62,944 nucleotides of DNA, filler included, from Rhabdomonas costata (GCA_019059605.1; 33 parts of 33 records of this genome joined end to end with filler, not necessarily neighbours in it), one strand, 5' to 3'; counted from the whole stretch's first letter, positions 11,261 to 25,162 are shown. A program made the numbers and translations. Notes: a model not told the origin generated them from the letters alone.

Positions 11261-13882
11261 GTGTGGGCAGTGGCCCACCCCACTCCATCCCCCTCTGCTC
11301 TCCCTTCTGAATTGACTGCGGTTGAGTGTCATGTGTATGAGGGGGGGGGGTATTACTACCAAAAAAACNNNNNNNNNNNNNNNNNNNNNNNNNNNNNNNN
11401 NNNNNNNNNNNNTTAATTAATTAANNNNNNNNNNNNNNNNNNNNNNNNNNNNNNNNNNNNNNNNNNNNGTTGTGTGGGAAGGGTGGACGGTTTCGTGTTT
11501 GCGTGGATTTCGTGTGGAGAATGGAGGATGGAGGATGGAGGATGGAGGATGTGAAGGTGGATGAGAGTGAGAGTGTGAGGGTGACGTTGGATTGTGGGAA
11601 GGTGAAGTTGCGTAGGGTGTGACGTGACGGTGTGAGCAGGAGTGTTTGAGCAGGAGATCTGGAGGGTGGGTTGCGTGCTGGTCGTGTGAAGATGAGTGGA
11701 TGGTGGATGTGAACGGTGGATGGTGGAGGGTTGCGTTGTGATTCTGTATTCGTGTCTTCTGCATTCCCTCTTGTTGGTCTTGTGTTCTGTCTCTGTCTAT
11801 GATTTGCGGCTGTCCCTCGTGATATCCATATTTTGAATGCCAACATTGCTCCACTCGCTACTTCCGTGCTCCAAAACAAAACGACGATCGTTCCCAGTGT
11901 CCATAGTAGTAAGGATTGGTCACCCTGAAGTTCAACGCCTGGGATGACATCGTTTCACTGATCGAGTCAACACAAACAACGTGATGATACATGTATCACG
12001 GTGAGGCTATGCAACGTAGCGCGTAACTGAACACCTATCTTCCTACGCTAGAAGTAGCTGGAGGTGAGCTAGGACTGACACAATGACCCTGCGTTGGGTA
12101 CTTCAAATTAGCCTCCAGTGATGGACATGAACATATACCTTATGCTTGTGGTAGTAGTGCTGGGTAGGTGACCCAAGATTGACATGCAGTGAGCCTGCAA
12201 AACTCACCGAAGGGGACAATAAACCCAATCCACCCACACGAATGGAAGTGATTGAGGTGATGGGCTACCTGTGATGCAACGTCACTCACACCATTCCACC
12301 CGAATCATGTCATCGATGTTGGTACGGATGAGTGTGGTGTGGACCGGTCATGGTTGATGCTGTGCCTCCTTAACTCAACGTACAAACACAGATCCAATCC
12401 ACCGTAAGATGTTGGCACCCATGGTATTGGTGATGTTGGTGGTGGTACGAGTGACTCTGTGCATAGCCCACAATGCCACCTCCACTCCATCAATTGCGAT
12501 CGTGTATGCTGGTGATGATGTTTATGGAGGTAGTGAGTGAGACAGAGGGCTGCGCAAAGGCAGATGTCACACATCTGCTTCAGTCTTCATCCTCCCACCA
12601 TGATGCGTTGATGCGTGTCGTTATGCTGGGATGTTGGGATGACAGGCACTTAGAGGCACAACGTATGCCTTCGGTGCCACCACCCACCCAAGCATGAGGA
12701 GTGAGAGAGAGAGAGAAAACATAACCGATGGAGTGACGAAGCGACCACGAGAAGGAGGAACAGGAGGTAACATGAGTGCAACGAGTGTGACGACCAATAG
12801 AAGAGAGGATGGAGCGCAGCGACGAACCAACAAGAGGAACATGAACATGAGAAACATGAGCGACATTGAGGAGCATAGGAGACGAATGTGAAGACCAAGG
12901 AACATGAGGAACAGTAGCGAGTGCAACGAGCGGAGTGACAACATACACTAACAAGGATCATGCGACGAACGGAGCATGCCACCTAGTGAGTGAAGGAGGA
13001 GCTTAACCATGACAACTGTGGAGCGACGACGTAACAGCATGATGATTGTATCTTCATTGTTGATATCCTACTCATCTACTCACATGTCAGTGGTCACTCC
13101 ACCACCCTAATGTACTTACGTGACTCCTTCTACCACTTAACTCATGATGCTCCTTATGCATATTCATTGCATCAGTATAGCCCCTCAGAACAGAGGCATC
13201 TGGTTAGCATGGTGTAGCTGCATCTACCGTAGCATCAGCATGCAGCATCAGCCTTAGCATCAGCATCTACAGCCACCCCCNNNNNNNNNNNNNNNNNNNN
13301 NNNNNNNNNNNNNNNNNNNNNNNNTTAATTAATTAANNNNNNNNNNNNNNNNNNNNNNNNNNNNNNNNNNNNNNNNNNNNGGGTGTGGGGGACGTCGCAG
13401 CCGGCAGTAGCTGGAATACAAATATAATGTTGTGCTGGGAGGGGACGGCCTGCGAGTGCTGACGGTTTCCATTTGTGCAACCGAGCGAGGACCGCGATCC
13501 GAGAGAGCAGAAAGACGTGACACAGACTTGTTTAGGCAGAACACTGTGCTGCGCGAGAGGTGGGAAGTATGATTTCTTGGTCGTGTCGTTGTTAATATGA
13601 TAGGTCCGCGGCTCTGGAGAGTGGCTGTCCCATGTAGAAATACGCCCCTTCAAAGGCGAAGGTCTCACCTGGATTTACTGGGCTGCCAAGGTTTTCGCCA
13701 GCTTCCTTCCCAAATTGGTTTGATGATTGATTTGATATTCAAAGACCATTTCTCTTTGTTTTTTTGTCTTTGTTCACTTCTTTTGATCCTCATTCCGGAT
13801 TGGATCCGGATTGTACTTGAATCCCTTTGCTGGGTTGCTTTTGCACCACTTACCATTTCCAAAAACACTGGGGGGCTGTGTG

Positions 13883-14021
13883 ATGTCTCGGGTGACCACG
13901 AAGGTCCTTGGCACCCGGGCCGCTACCAAGCTTTCTGCGGACCAGCAGAAGCAGCTTGCTGCGAAGCATGCGATTGAAGGGTACGTCAACAAGCCGAACA
14001 TGGTGGTTGGCCTTGGAACAG
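13883..14021 (+). CDS. rpiA: Ribose-5-phosphate isomerase A, first exon
   Basis: QQKQLAAKHAIEGYVNKPNMVVGLGT(G) is the RpiA N-terminal K..AA..A...V...MVVGLGTGST motif, ending at a GT donor (14022). Confidence 0.85.
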
Positions 14022-15409
14022 GTGCCGAGCTTCCCCCCCCCCCCGCCCTCGTTCATGCACCCACCCTCGCGCCGGCTGACCTTGACATCGAGACTGGTAG
14101 GGGTGGCACAGGTGACCCGTTGCAAGGCGATGCTCGGGGATTCGTAGCCCCAGCGCTGGACTGCTTTTCTGCCATAGCATTATACGTGCCCGTGTGGAGA
14201 CATTTCTCCCATGACTTTAAGTTTACCCTCTCGAGTCAGGTTTTCTTTCAACTTTCACTGAAGCTGCCGTTCGCAGAGTTCACAGCTAGCTTCAATAATC
14301 GTCCCAGATACGAGGTCACGGAAAATGGTAACACTCACCATCTTCCCGTTTTCAGGGCGACCACCCCGAAAACGTTTTCTGGTTTATTGCAAAATCGTCG
14401 ACAGGAAGACCTTCGCGTACCAAATTACGTTGTATAGTTGAACGTTGGTTTTCCGATTGCGCAAGCAACCATAAAAAAGGATTGGGAGACAGGTTTCCTT
14501 TTTCCTAGACGGCTTTCACACCAGCAAAGTTTTGTCAGTTTTGTACCAAACCTGAAGTGTGAAGAGTGAAAACGCGGGAATGTCGCGTTGAAAGAAAGGT
14601 AGTTCGGGTTTCTGCTGTGCTCCCTGTTCTAACGCGCTTCCAGCACGGCACCATAAGGGCGGGGAGAAACTGGTTAACGAGCGAGCACACGCACACGCAC
14701 ACACACACACACACGCAGTCCCCAGCCACAGCACACCGCACCGGCTTGGGCAAAAAGCCAAGTGGCACTCCTCAGCGAAACCAACAAGGCCAGACCAAAC
14801 CCTCCCTCCCACCACGTGCGAGGATACTGCCACTGCCTGACAAATATACTGGCTGCACGCACGGCAGCCGTGAAGCTCGCGGTACCAGTTTAGCAGCAGC
14901 CGAACATTCGGGTCACTGGGGGGGGGTACCAGGACTCTTCATCGCTGGACTCCCGTCCCGGTCGAGGTGGGTCCGAAAACCACTACCACCCTTGGCGCAT
15001 GGCCCCGCTCCACCGCAACTCTCGGCTTAACCGCTATGGGTCTACGTAATTGCACCCCTATTTTGCACCCCACTACTGTACCTGTGCTGCAGTGCCGGTT
15101 ACGATTGCAATGTTCACTTCTAAGGGAGGGGGCCCTTCTTTCGTTCTCTCTTGAGCGTGAGTGCCAAGTGACAACGAGTAACCAAACACCNNNNNNNNNN
15201 NNNNNNNNNNNNNNNNNNNNNNNNNNNNNNNNNNTTAATTAATTAANNNNNNNNNNNNNNNNNNNNNNNNNNNNNNNNNNNNNNNNNNNNGGGGTGTGGT
15301 GGGCGAGCGCGACTAATGAGCAGAACAAAATATTCTCACCATGTTCGAAGACGATTTCTTTAGTACCAAAGGCATCTAGAGTTCTGAGAGGGTACACCTC
15401 TTTGTGCAG

Positions 15410-17058
15410 GGGCGTTGTGGCAGACTGCGAACCCGGAGATGCAGCTACCGGAGCTTCTGATCACCGATCCAGGCACTGTGGTGCGGAACCCGGCGTGCGG
15501 GCTGGTATTTCGGAGCACGGGGTCGGAGTGGGGCCTGGGATACTCCTCGTTCACCTTCACCGTCTCCCAGAGCCCAGAGTTCCAGGCCGATCTGATGCAT
15601 CCCCCGGTCGGGGGGACAGTGGCGATCAACGTGGCCTTCGCAGACACCTTGCCCGTCCTGTTGAGCACTCCCAGCGCTACGCTCCTGGAGGGCACCTCCA
15701 GTGTGCCGCTGGAGTTCAACACCACGCAGCTGGATGGGGTGTGCGGTGGGAAGGGCTGCCGGTCTTGCGGTTGTCCCTTGAGATAATGGATCATTGTGCT
15801 CATGGGATTCGGGTGGTGCAGCGCTCTCATTAGGCCTGGATTTATTTTACCCGTAGCCCCCATCTATTTGGTGCCGCTAATGCTCCCCTCTTGGGGTCGA
15901 TCCTTTACGGGACACCGCGTTCGTGGAATGAATTGTGTAAGGAATTTTTCGGGGAGGGGAGGGGTGGGGACGGGGTATTTTCCCGTGCAGCCTTTTCACG
16001 GATGTAAGCTTTCTTAATAAAGTCTTTCTGAATATTTTAACCATGCTAAACCCTCAGGTAGTCAAGAAGCCTCCCGAGAATCCTCCACGTCAGTTGCTTA
16101 CTCCCGCACACTCCCAGATGTTGTCCCCTCAGTTGCCCGCCCCACGTTGCGGCGCCGGCCACCAATCCTTAAATGAAGCTGTCCCACTTGCCCGGCAAAG
16201 CGCCAGAGAAAACTTGTCCAGAACGCCGAAGTCATCCACCAGAAGTACCCTTCCAACCTCTCCGCCTAACAATGTCATACTGTTATTGGACCGTGCTATT
16301 TTTCGCGACTGCCTTTTGCACGGGGGATGCGTTACCCGTTGAAAGCCACACCAAGGTTCACTGAGAGGGTTTGGTTGTGTATCCGCCAGCTTCTTGGCCG
16401 CTCGTACGTTTTTTCCAGTACCTCATCACGGTGACCTTGGGCACTCTGCCCACCAAAGGGGTGCTGTACCACAACGGCAACTCGGTTACCGCCCTCACCC
16501 CAGGGCTGCAACAGGCCCAGCTTTGGGTCAGTGAGGTGCTGGACTACAGCTCAGAGTACCCGTACGTGCTTCCAGGCTACGCCGCGACGCAGGTCATTGG
16601 CCCGCCTGAGGTCTCGACCTACGGCAACAACGGCGCGAGTTGGTCCAGCTGGAAATACAATAATTACCAGTCCCTGGAAACACAATACACCTACACGGAC
16701 TTCATTGTTGTGAAGTACGAGGCGAAGTTGTACCCGCAGTACTTGATGCTTGTGGAGGTGTGTATCAAAGTTAAGTCGCCTCACCTCACTCCTATTTCCC
16801 GGAGCCTTCTTGTCCAAACTTGGGAATTGGTTCCGCTTCTGCGTCACAGTCCCTCAGCCCGCAGCCTGCTCTTGGGATTGTCCACAGAATAACGGCCCCA
16901 AGTCCCTTGTCCGAGTGCGGACCCCCGACCCTAGAACCCCGGACTCCTGGCTGACGCTCTGGATGGGCAGCGTGATTCCTTTGAACCCCCAACCCCCGAT
17001 CGTCCGTTCTATCCCTCTCTGCGGCACACCCTTTGCCATCGAAGTGCTGCGCCTGGAG
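15410..17058 (+). CDS. Large probably extracellular protein fragment: cadherin/Ig-like beta repeat plus FBXL4-N/pappalysin-like beta domain; exons 15410-15738, 16419-16757, 16888-17058
   Basis: GC3-rich exons bounded by GT-AG in phase. SSFTFTVS...TVAINV and LPTKGVLY are cadherin-like; WVSEVLDYSSEY...ATQVIGPPEV..YG....W....DFIVVKY..KLYP resembles the FBXL4 N-terminal domain. Confidence 0.7.
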
Positions 17059-17299
17059 GTGTGCTTTACTAAGTGTTTTCTGCGCGCTGACGACCTTTTT
17101 CNNNNNNNNNNNNNNNNNNNNNNNNNNNNNNNNNNNNNNNNNNNNTTAATTAATTAANNNNNNNNNNNNNNNNNNNNNNNNNNNNNNNNNNNNNNNNNNN
17201 NACATAAAGAGAGGTTGGTAGCATACAACCTGCGCTGCCTGGATGCTCGCTTAGGGATCCTTATAATCTTGTTTTGAGGTTGTGAGTTCGCCGCACAAC

Positions 17300-18130
17300 G
17301 ATAAGAATCTCTGCCTGTCCTGCAGGTCCAGACACGTGCAACGCCTATACTCGGGGAGAGGAGAACAACCCCCGAGGGTAGAGGCTCTAGGGTCAGTGTG
17401 TGATGCCATGTTGGTGGCTCCTGGATGGGGGATCTTCACCTTAATCCGAAGTAGGATGGGAGAGCCGTGCGGTGGAGTTGGAAACGGCCATCCTGGGCCG
17501 GCCAGTCTCTCAATACCTGCTTTGAAGGAGGCTCAGCTGGTTAGATTGGCGGATTGCTTGGCTCCGGGGGTGGATGTGTGCAGTTGTGAACCCCTTATTT
17601 TTCATGGATCCCACCAGAGCTGCTCCCACTACAGCATCCTATCTTGTGGTTTTCATGAGCGAATTGGCGCGTCGGATATCGCGGAAGAAGGCATGTACTG
17701 CGCGGGCGAACCTTAGCAGGCTAACATACTACTCTGCAACGAAAGTCCCCTCGGGAAGTGAGAACGCGAGCCAAGCCCGATTCCAAGGTCCGTTGCGTCC
17801 TTCCGGAAGGATTCCGCCGACGGGAGTATTCCGTTGCTCTCCGGATCAAAAATCGTTCAGCCAGGCTCATTGACTTCTCAGCTTCTCTTCGTTTTGCACC
17901 TTACACGCAGAGCATTCTTTGAACTGTGCACTCCGTGCTGCGTTTTGCAGGAACTGGTGCTCCACGAGTTTGAAGTGGAGGAAGACCCTGAGGGCGAAGC
18001 CGACTGATGGGTCTTTCATACAGCTTTTGTCGTGCATCTGGAAGTAATTTCGTGTAGCATTTTTGGGATTATCTCCGTGCCAGAGACACTCACCTTCACG
18101 CATAACGGTTATCTGCCTCTTTTGTGCGTC
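17300..18130 (-). mobile_element. Highly degenerate non-LTR RT relic (tentative)
   Basis: Ordered degraded motifs GDNPKNATRNY (NYRPI-like), ILPEGRNG (QxGF-like) and AVHAFFRDIRRANS (DxxKAFDS-like); several stops and no clear YADD. Confidence 0.4.
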
Positions 18131-21100
18131 CACATCCCCGAGGACTTTTTGATTTTGTGCGCTTGTTCGAGATCTCTCAGTTCCACCTTAGATACGTGTA
18201 CAGTACTTGTCTTGTTGGGGCCTTGGTTATAACTTGGTGCCGTTTCTCATCGGTGTGAGGGAACAGGGTTGTTATTGTTCAAGTTGGAGGAATACGAAAA
18301 TTTGCTGGAGTTCTTGGTATGCTGCCTGGTTTGGTACCGATTACTTCGCTGTTGATGCCAAGTATGGAGGAAGGACTGAAGGAATGCGCCCAGAATGCGC
18401 AAGAGCATCGCTGGAATTCATGTGAGGTGACTGTCACTGGAAGCCATGGCATTTTCGTTGGTTTCGTTGGTTTCGTTGGTTCGTTGGTTTGAAGTGTGCA
18501 TCTGCGTTTGTACTCATCCTGAAATTGGCATCAGCTGGCGAGTGAGCCTCCTGCGATTCGTACGAGCTCCTGCTGGCAGGTTGCATCCGTTTCGCGATAT
18601 GACTGTAGCATGGATTTTGATTGTCACCTGCACTAGCATCTGTGATTTTGCGGTGAGTGGAAGGTGTCCCAACCTGGCCTGGGCAGGTACCTTTTCGTGG
18701 GGTTAATTTGCATAATTGTTGATGATGATCGTTTGAGCCACTCACGGGCACCAAAAAGCGAAAGAGAAAGTCTAGGAAGTGGTTCGGGTGTTGTTTCTTA
18801 TTGTTCTGTTTGCGCTCCTATCTTTCGATCCTCCAGTTCTTCGTTTTATTGTCGAATATGGTTTCGAGATAGATCCGCACAACCTCTACTAGATGGCTTC
18901 CACTCCTTCTCGAACCACCGCCTCCCCCTCCCGGCCCTCCACAGCCGCAGCCACAGCCCCGGGCGCTGCTTCGCCCTCCCGACCAGCCACCGCGCCTGCC
19001 GACAATGGTCGANNNNNNNNNNNNNNNNNNNNNNNNNNNNNNNNNNNNNNNNNNNNTTAATTAATTAANNNNNNNNNNNNNNNNNNNNNNNNNNNNNNNN
19101 NNNNNNNNNNNNGGGGGTGTGGTACCCACAAACATTGATGGAGGAATTAGCACGAATGACCAATTCTCCCTTGGATACAAGGTTAGTCAGATGCGTGATG
19201 GTGTTTGTGAATATGGATCACGGAAGTCTTCCCATTAAAAACTAGCAGCAATGCAAATGGCTAGCATCAACCTCTTAACAGACAGGCGCACCTGAGATGG
19301 CACCTAAATGGGGATTCCCAGCGACTATATTTGTCGGCAATTTTTCTCTTGAGAGAGCTGATTTATGTTCCTTTGTGCAGTTTTTGCACAAAAAACCCAG
19401 GACCAATCATTTTTCTCAGCCCGATGTGGCATCTAGAATTATTACGACATTCAACTTTGCGGTGCCTAAAAACAATGCCATGTGATGGATGGATGTCATT
19501 TGTCTTCACTACAGTTTCATTCGAAGTGCAAGACTTGTCATGAGACCTTTTAGGTAACATAGAAATGCGATATTTTGTGCATCACAATGGGCGGTCTTAC
19601 TCAATAGCTCAGTGCGGAGTTGGCAAACCTGCATGCTTTTCTCACCACAGCGTTGATGATAACCACCTGCTGGAATGATGCTTGAAGACGCGTTGATGGA
19701 TTCCAGAGATGGAAACGTTTTCTGGATAGCATCACTTTTACTTCATTTCTGCAGTTCCACAAAACACAAGCCTGCTGTTGGACCCTCGTTCTCAATAATG
19801 CCACTGCATCGTTCACCATTCTCAGCTAAAGCGACTTCAATGACTGCAATTACTCACGCCATCATGGCAGTTTTAGAGTTGCGCTCAGCACTGCTGTAAC
19901 AGCCGCTTCCGTTGGCACAAGACCTGGGATGGGATGGGAGGAGGGTCAAAAACAAGCAGTGAAAGGTTTAAGCTCCACACAAAATATGGGTCTCGCTGCT
20001 GATGTAATTGATCTCCAAAATTGCTTGAATAATTTGGTTATTCAAAAGAGATCATGCGCGGCCTTGTCTCGTGAATTATTTCTCCGAACCATATTGACTT
20101 TCATCGCCACTGGAGTATTGATCCGTGGAATTGTGACCAGCAGACTTCCAGAACACAAAATGTTGGTGACTGGTTGGAAGCTTATCTCTTCACTCCACAT
20201 TTTCGTTCAGAAAAGCGCGTCACTTCAAATGGTGCATTTCGTTGCGTCCCTGCTCGTCCACCCAAAGGGCATCGCTTCGTCAACAACAAAACATACACCC
20301 TGAAAATCATTTGCGATGCAGAAAGAACTCGAGCCATGGATATCGTACGCTTTCAACATGTTGCTGCCCGGTGGAGAAAGAATGCTGCTTTGGAGTTGTG
20401 TGACGGTGATTGCCGGTGCATTGGACAATAAGCGGTCTCTTGGGAGTACTTACGTAGACAGCTTGTAGACAGCTTTTTCGACAGCACGTTTTCCAACTTT
20501 TGGTTACAAAGCTAAAGCAAAGATGAGAGTAAACGAGCTTTGAGATGCCATTGCCAGCATCTGGATTCCAATTTACTTTGTCACACTTTAATCTAACAAT
20601 TTTCTTTTCAGCGGGGACTTCATCAAATTCAAATGGTGCATTTACGGTGACGGACCGGGAAATGAACCCGAGACCGATAAAAACCCCTTTGCAGGGCTCG
20701 GGGCATACCGATGAGGCTGGTTTGGAAATTGGTAGGCGGGCACGGTGGGCCAACACCATGGAAGAAAAAACGGTTGGGGATTCTCAGTTTTTTTTGCCGT
20801 CCGGGGCATCGGCGCCCAAATGCCCGCGCGGAATTTTACACCCCACCCTAAGCCCCCAATTCCGAATCCAACCCGCACCCAAATTCCAAACTCAACCCGC
20901 ACCCCGCACACGCCCACAACACCNNNNNNNNNNNNNNNNNNNNNNNNNNNNNNNNNNNNNNNNNNNNTTAATTAATTAANNNNNNNNNNNNNNNNNNNNN
21001 NNNNNNNNNNNNNNNNNNNNNNNGGTGGGTTTTGGGGGTTCATTGCGACCATAATCCCTTCAACCTTGTCTGAGTCTCCTCTGTCTCGTTGGTTGCCGGA

Positions 21101-21630
21101 TCTCTCCCTCTGTGATTTACATTACAAATATAAATGACGTTTTGTCAAGACCGCCTTTCTTCCTGGAATACACCCTCCGTTTCTGTTTTTCTGCCGGACT
21201 GGACATTTTGCCTAGGTAGTTGCGTTCCGCGGTCGTTCAAACAAAAGGTTCAGAAAAACAACAAAACGACCAGCGCAATATTCACGGACTTCACATACTG
21301 AAACAACCTGGGGAGTGGAGTGCTCCCATGCGACCCACCACTGCAACTGCGGACAGCGAACCAAATGGACCTGGGAAGGTCACAGCAAGGTGAGTGGTTG
21401 GTTTAAGTGTGTGCGTTGGGACCATCGTGGTTGACGGGACACGCGCTGTTGGCCACGGGTCCTTGAGAGGGGTACCTTCGGACCGGACGATGCTGCTGGG
21501 GAGTCACCTTTGAGCGTTTCCTTGTGTGAACTGCCGTAAGCACATCCTTAAATCTTCAAATATCTTAGGACATCACCCCCTGGTAGCGGTAGTAATGCTT
21601 TATGTCTAAATGTCTGTGTGTCTGTGCGTC

Positions 21631-21673
21631 TGTGTGTGTGTGTGTGTGTGCGCGCGCGCGCGCGTGTGTGTGT
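21631..21673. repeat. Compound (TG)n(CG)n(TG)n alternating purine-pyrimidine tract
   Basis: tgtgtg...cgcgcgcgcgcgcg...tgtgt read directly; potential Z-DNA former. Confidence 0.9.
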
Positions 21674-22444
21674 CACGTCACGGTGTTGGTGTCGGTGTGT
21701 CAGAACGGTGAGAGTTCTCTCCCCCTCCTCATTCTAATCATTGTTTAGCTAATGGGGCTGCAACGAGTCGCATCCCACTTTCGATAGTAGGGCGAGTCCT
21801 GGCCTGTTGGTGCAGTGACCCGTGGCTAGGTTAGCGCTTTCTTCTCCTGAGACCGGATTTGCTCCACCCATTTCCTGGATTATTCGCTCTCCGCCTTCCG
21901 CCTGAGTGGTGAATGGGGTGAGCTGCGTGTGTGCCATTCTGCGGCAGGAGTAAAGTGGGTGCGCAAAATACTTTTCTCACCACAGTGTTGGGCGTCGGGT
22001 AGGGAGGAGTTTCTTTAAAACATTTTCAATGCATAAGCCGGGGACAGGGTCTGTTTTCTGGTGGGCCGGTACCCCACGTCTGACAACAGTGCTAGGACCC
22101 GATGTGCGAGCACGCAGGCTGCGCCGTCTTAGGTCAGGGCACCTTCCCTTTCCATCATCGCTCTCCTTCACGTGTATGGGTGTTTCCTATCCAACTTTTC
22201 GTCGCAAAAAAACATACACAGAAGCGAACAAACAAACACAACTGTCCCTAAGTCAAAGAAAAAATCTTTCCAGTGTATATGTGTGTGGTTCCCTCCCGAA
22301 AGCAAATTGTCTCCTGTGCGTGTAGCTTTTGACAAAGTGCCCGTTAAGGTGGATGCGGATGCCCTTTTTGTCTCCGCAGAAAGGGAAAGGCAGTCTTGCT
22401 CCAGGGGTGCGAGCATGCGTGCGAAGATGAAAGAAACATTCAAC

Positions 22445-22579
22445 CCTGCTCGATTTCTCGTCGCTCCCGCCGATGACCCACAAATAGTCTCGAAAGGCTG
22501 CAAGCCCAAAATCGGCGCGACGTGGTACTCGCGACAGCACCACCGTGTGCGTTATTGTGGGCTGCAGCCAAGACGAATG
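22445..22579 (-). CDS. Kelch-repeat protein, single exon
   Basis: PRRADFGLAAFRDYLWVIGGSD fits the Kelch consensus R..h.h..h...hhhhGG; flanked by AG and GT. Confidence 0.6.
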
Positions 22580-24842
22580 CTGTGACTGTATGCCCTGTTT
22601 TTATCGGTTGTCTCTTTTCTCCTCCAATCCTGTGGCCGACCCACTAGCGGGGGGGGGGGCATTCCAATGTGAATACCCTCACCGCGAAGGGTTGGCTGTA
22701 TGGATGCGCTCAGATCTTGTAGATGGGGACAGATGGGGCCCACGAAAAGCCCCACAGTTCAAAAGAACTCGGCAAAGAGCATCCTCGGCAACCGGAGATG
22801 CTGCCTGTGGGTGGGCTGGGCTCGAAACACAAACNNNNNNNNNNNNNNNNNNNNNNNNNNNNNNNNNNNNNNNNNNNNTTAATTAATTAANNNNNNNNNN
22901 NNNNNNNNNNNNNNNNNNNNNNNNNNNNNNNNNNCGCACCCGTGGGGCGGACCGCAGGACGGGCCTCCGTCCTGGGGGTGGGCTCATACACACTGAGTTG
23001 GAGTGGCGCCCAGCGGGGCGGCTTGCGGGAGAATTTTTCGGGCGGGGACGGACGCATAGCCCCTGCGGTGGAGCTGCACTGTGTGGTGAGGCTGGAGAGG
23101 CGCAACGGTACATGCGAGGAGAGCAGCATAGGTGGTCGACCGGATAGAGCACGAATTGGTTCCGAAAACCTCGCAAAGAAAACGACAGGAAAACATAAAA
23201 AAGAAAACAAGGTCTGAAACACCAGGTGATTCTTTCTTTCGCTTTCCTTTTTGTTGTCCCTATGTCTTCCCTGGAATTTACATGACCGGAAAAATGAGCG
23301 AGCGAGCGAGCGAGCGAGTGAGTGAGTGAGTGAGGAGTGTGTGTGTGTGTGGTTAACATGGCAGTAGCGTTCAAGTTTTCAAATTTACGCTTCATCGAAA
23401 CGAAAAAGTAATCTTGTCCAGTGTCCAAGGCGGCATAAAGCACACAAGCGCCACGGCGGCAGAAAATAAGAGACACAAACAAAATAAGAAAGGGTGGTCG
23501 TCACAATAAGAACAGTAACGTTCACGCGGTGGGTGGTGTAACTCCTACTTCAAAGCTGATTAATTACCATTTGGCTTGCCTTTGGGTTGAGCTTCGCCCG
23601 GGGCAGCGCCAGCCGGATGCATCGTTGGCGCTCAAAACAGTTTCTGCGCCCGAAGCCACGGCTCCCACTGTTGCGTCGCTTCTGCTACAATTCCTAAGGT
23701 GCCCACGTAGGCAAGGTGCAAATTCACAACCTGCAGCTGCGATTCCTATCGGGACACATACATACATGATGGAAAAATGCAAAACCTGTAACCACTTATG
23801 CAAATTTTCATTTTGGGGGGTATTTCCCAAAAGATGGCAGGTCCACACTGCCGTTAACGCAAAAACAAGGTATCTTGGGACACACGGGGAGTTTTGCTCA
23901 CGTTAAGGGCAGGTCAACAGCACGGTCGGATGAGTGCGGAAATGAGACAAATTCTTGGATTGAGGTTTTTTTTTTGGGAATTCTATTTTTGGGAGAGCAT
24001 AGTTCAGAGTTGATTCCTGGGCTTTAAAAGGGAGAGAAATGAAAAACTTCCGTCAGCGACATTTCCCGTTGTAACACCTTGTGGTGCAAGATACATAGCA
24101 CCAGCTGTATGATCCGGAAAGGGACGACCCAACGGACCCCAAGATATAGCGAGCTCACATTCTCGTTGGTCTTCATGTATGGTTCTCTGCTGGCCGTTGC
24201 GGGGAAGGTTGCCAAGACACACCTTAAAACTGTTTCGCACAGTTCATCACAAAGACGTAAAACAAAAGACAGCCAACGGAAAGAACGAACCAAAGAGGGG
24301 AGGGGTGGGGAGGGGGAGAGAGAAGAACTATGCCCTTTTGGACCACCTGATCGGATCATGTTCAAGTTGGCAGGAAACGCAAAGCGAAACCGTCCGCCAG
24401 GGTGAGCGGTACGCATACCCAGGACAACCAAACCCCTAGAACCCAGGCGAGCAGCGCAGAAGGGAAGGAGGGGGGTGGGGGCAGAGTGGTTCCTAAAACA
24501 GCCCTCGTACACACTAGAGAAACAGAATGCCCGGCGCTACACTGGCCTTTGCAGTTAGACCCAGAAGGAAAGAACATGGAGAGCCGGCCACTCCTACTCA
24601 GGAGGTATGAGTGAGTGGAGAGTGTAGGTAGAAAATGTACAGCAAAAATGGACAGGGAAGAATAGAGTGAAGAGAAGATGACCCAAAAAAGCTCAGCAGG
24701 ATGTCATGCTGAAAGGCCACAAAAACCAAACACACCCACCACNNNNNNNNNNNNNNNNNNNNNNNNNNNNNNNNNNNNNNNNNNNNTTAATTAATTAANN
24801 NNNNNNNNNNNNNNNNNNNNNNNNNNNNNNNNNNNNNNNNNN

Positions 24843-25162
24843 GGTTTTTGTGTTCCTTCTTAGCCAGCTTGATACTACGCGGCGAGGAATGCATCCGCGG
24901 CTGCGATCGAAAAGAATGTGCACTGGGAGAGTGAGGGTGGCAGCCAAAATATGCCGTGAGCTCCTGTGCAAGCCCAAAGGTGAAAAAGGCCCCCACGACT
25001 TGCGGGACGACATCGAACCTCCTTTTCTGACGAATACGCCCGGGAGTACTCCTGCTTGTAGTCCTCAAACATCTGCCTCAGCTGGGGGCCGCGTAAGGGT
25101 AAGGGCAGTGCCAGGCACGTTGAGATCACCAGAAGGCACAGCAGTACCCCAAGCATCGCCAT
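24843..25162 (-). CDS. Papain-family (C1A) cysteine protease N-terminus: signal peptide and start of I29 inhibitor prodomain; first exon 25162-25019
   Basis: MAMLGVLLCLLVISTCLA signal peptide, then MFEDYKQEYSRAYSSEKE (F..F...Y.R.Y....E) and later SIKLAKKEHKN; downstream splicing unresolved. Confidence 0.75.

Noticed and set aside
19113-20923. Several 60-150 aa ORFs on both strands
   Set aside because: No motifs, no codon bias and no convincing splice pattern
24895-24948. GGCTGC/GCAGCC stem in the protease gene as a second nonconventional intron
   Set aside because: Stem is only 6-7 bp, lacks the CAG/CTG geometry, and no excision cleanly restores the frame
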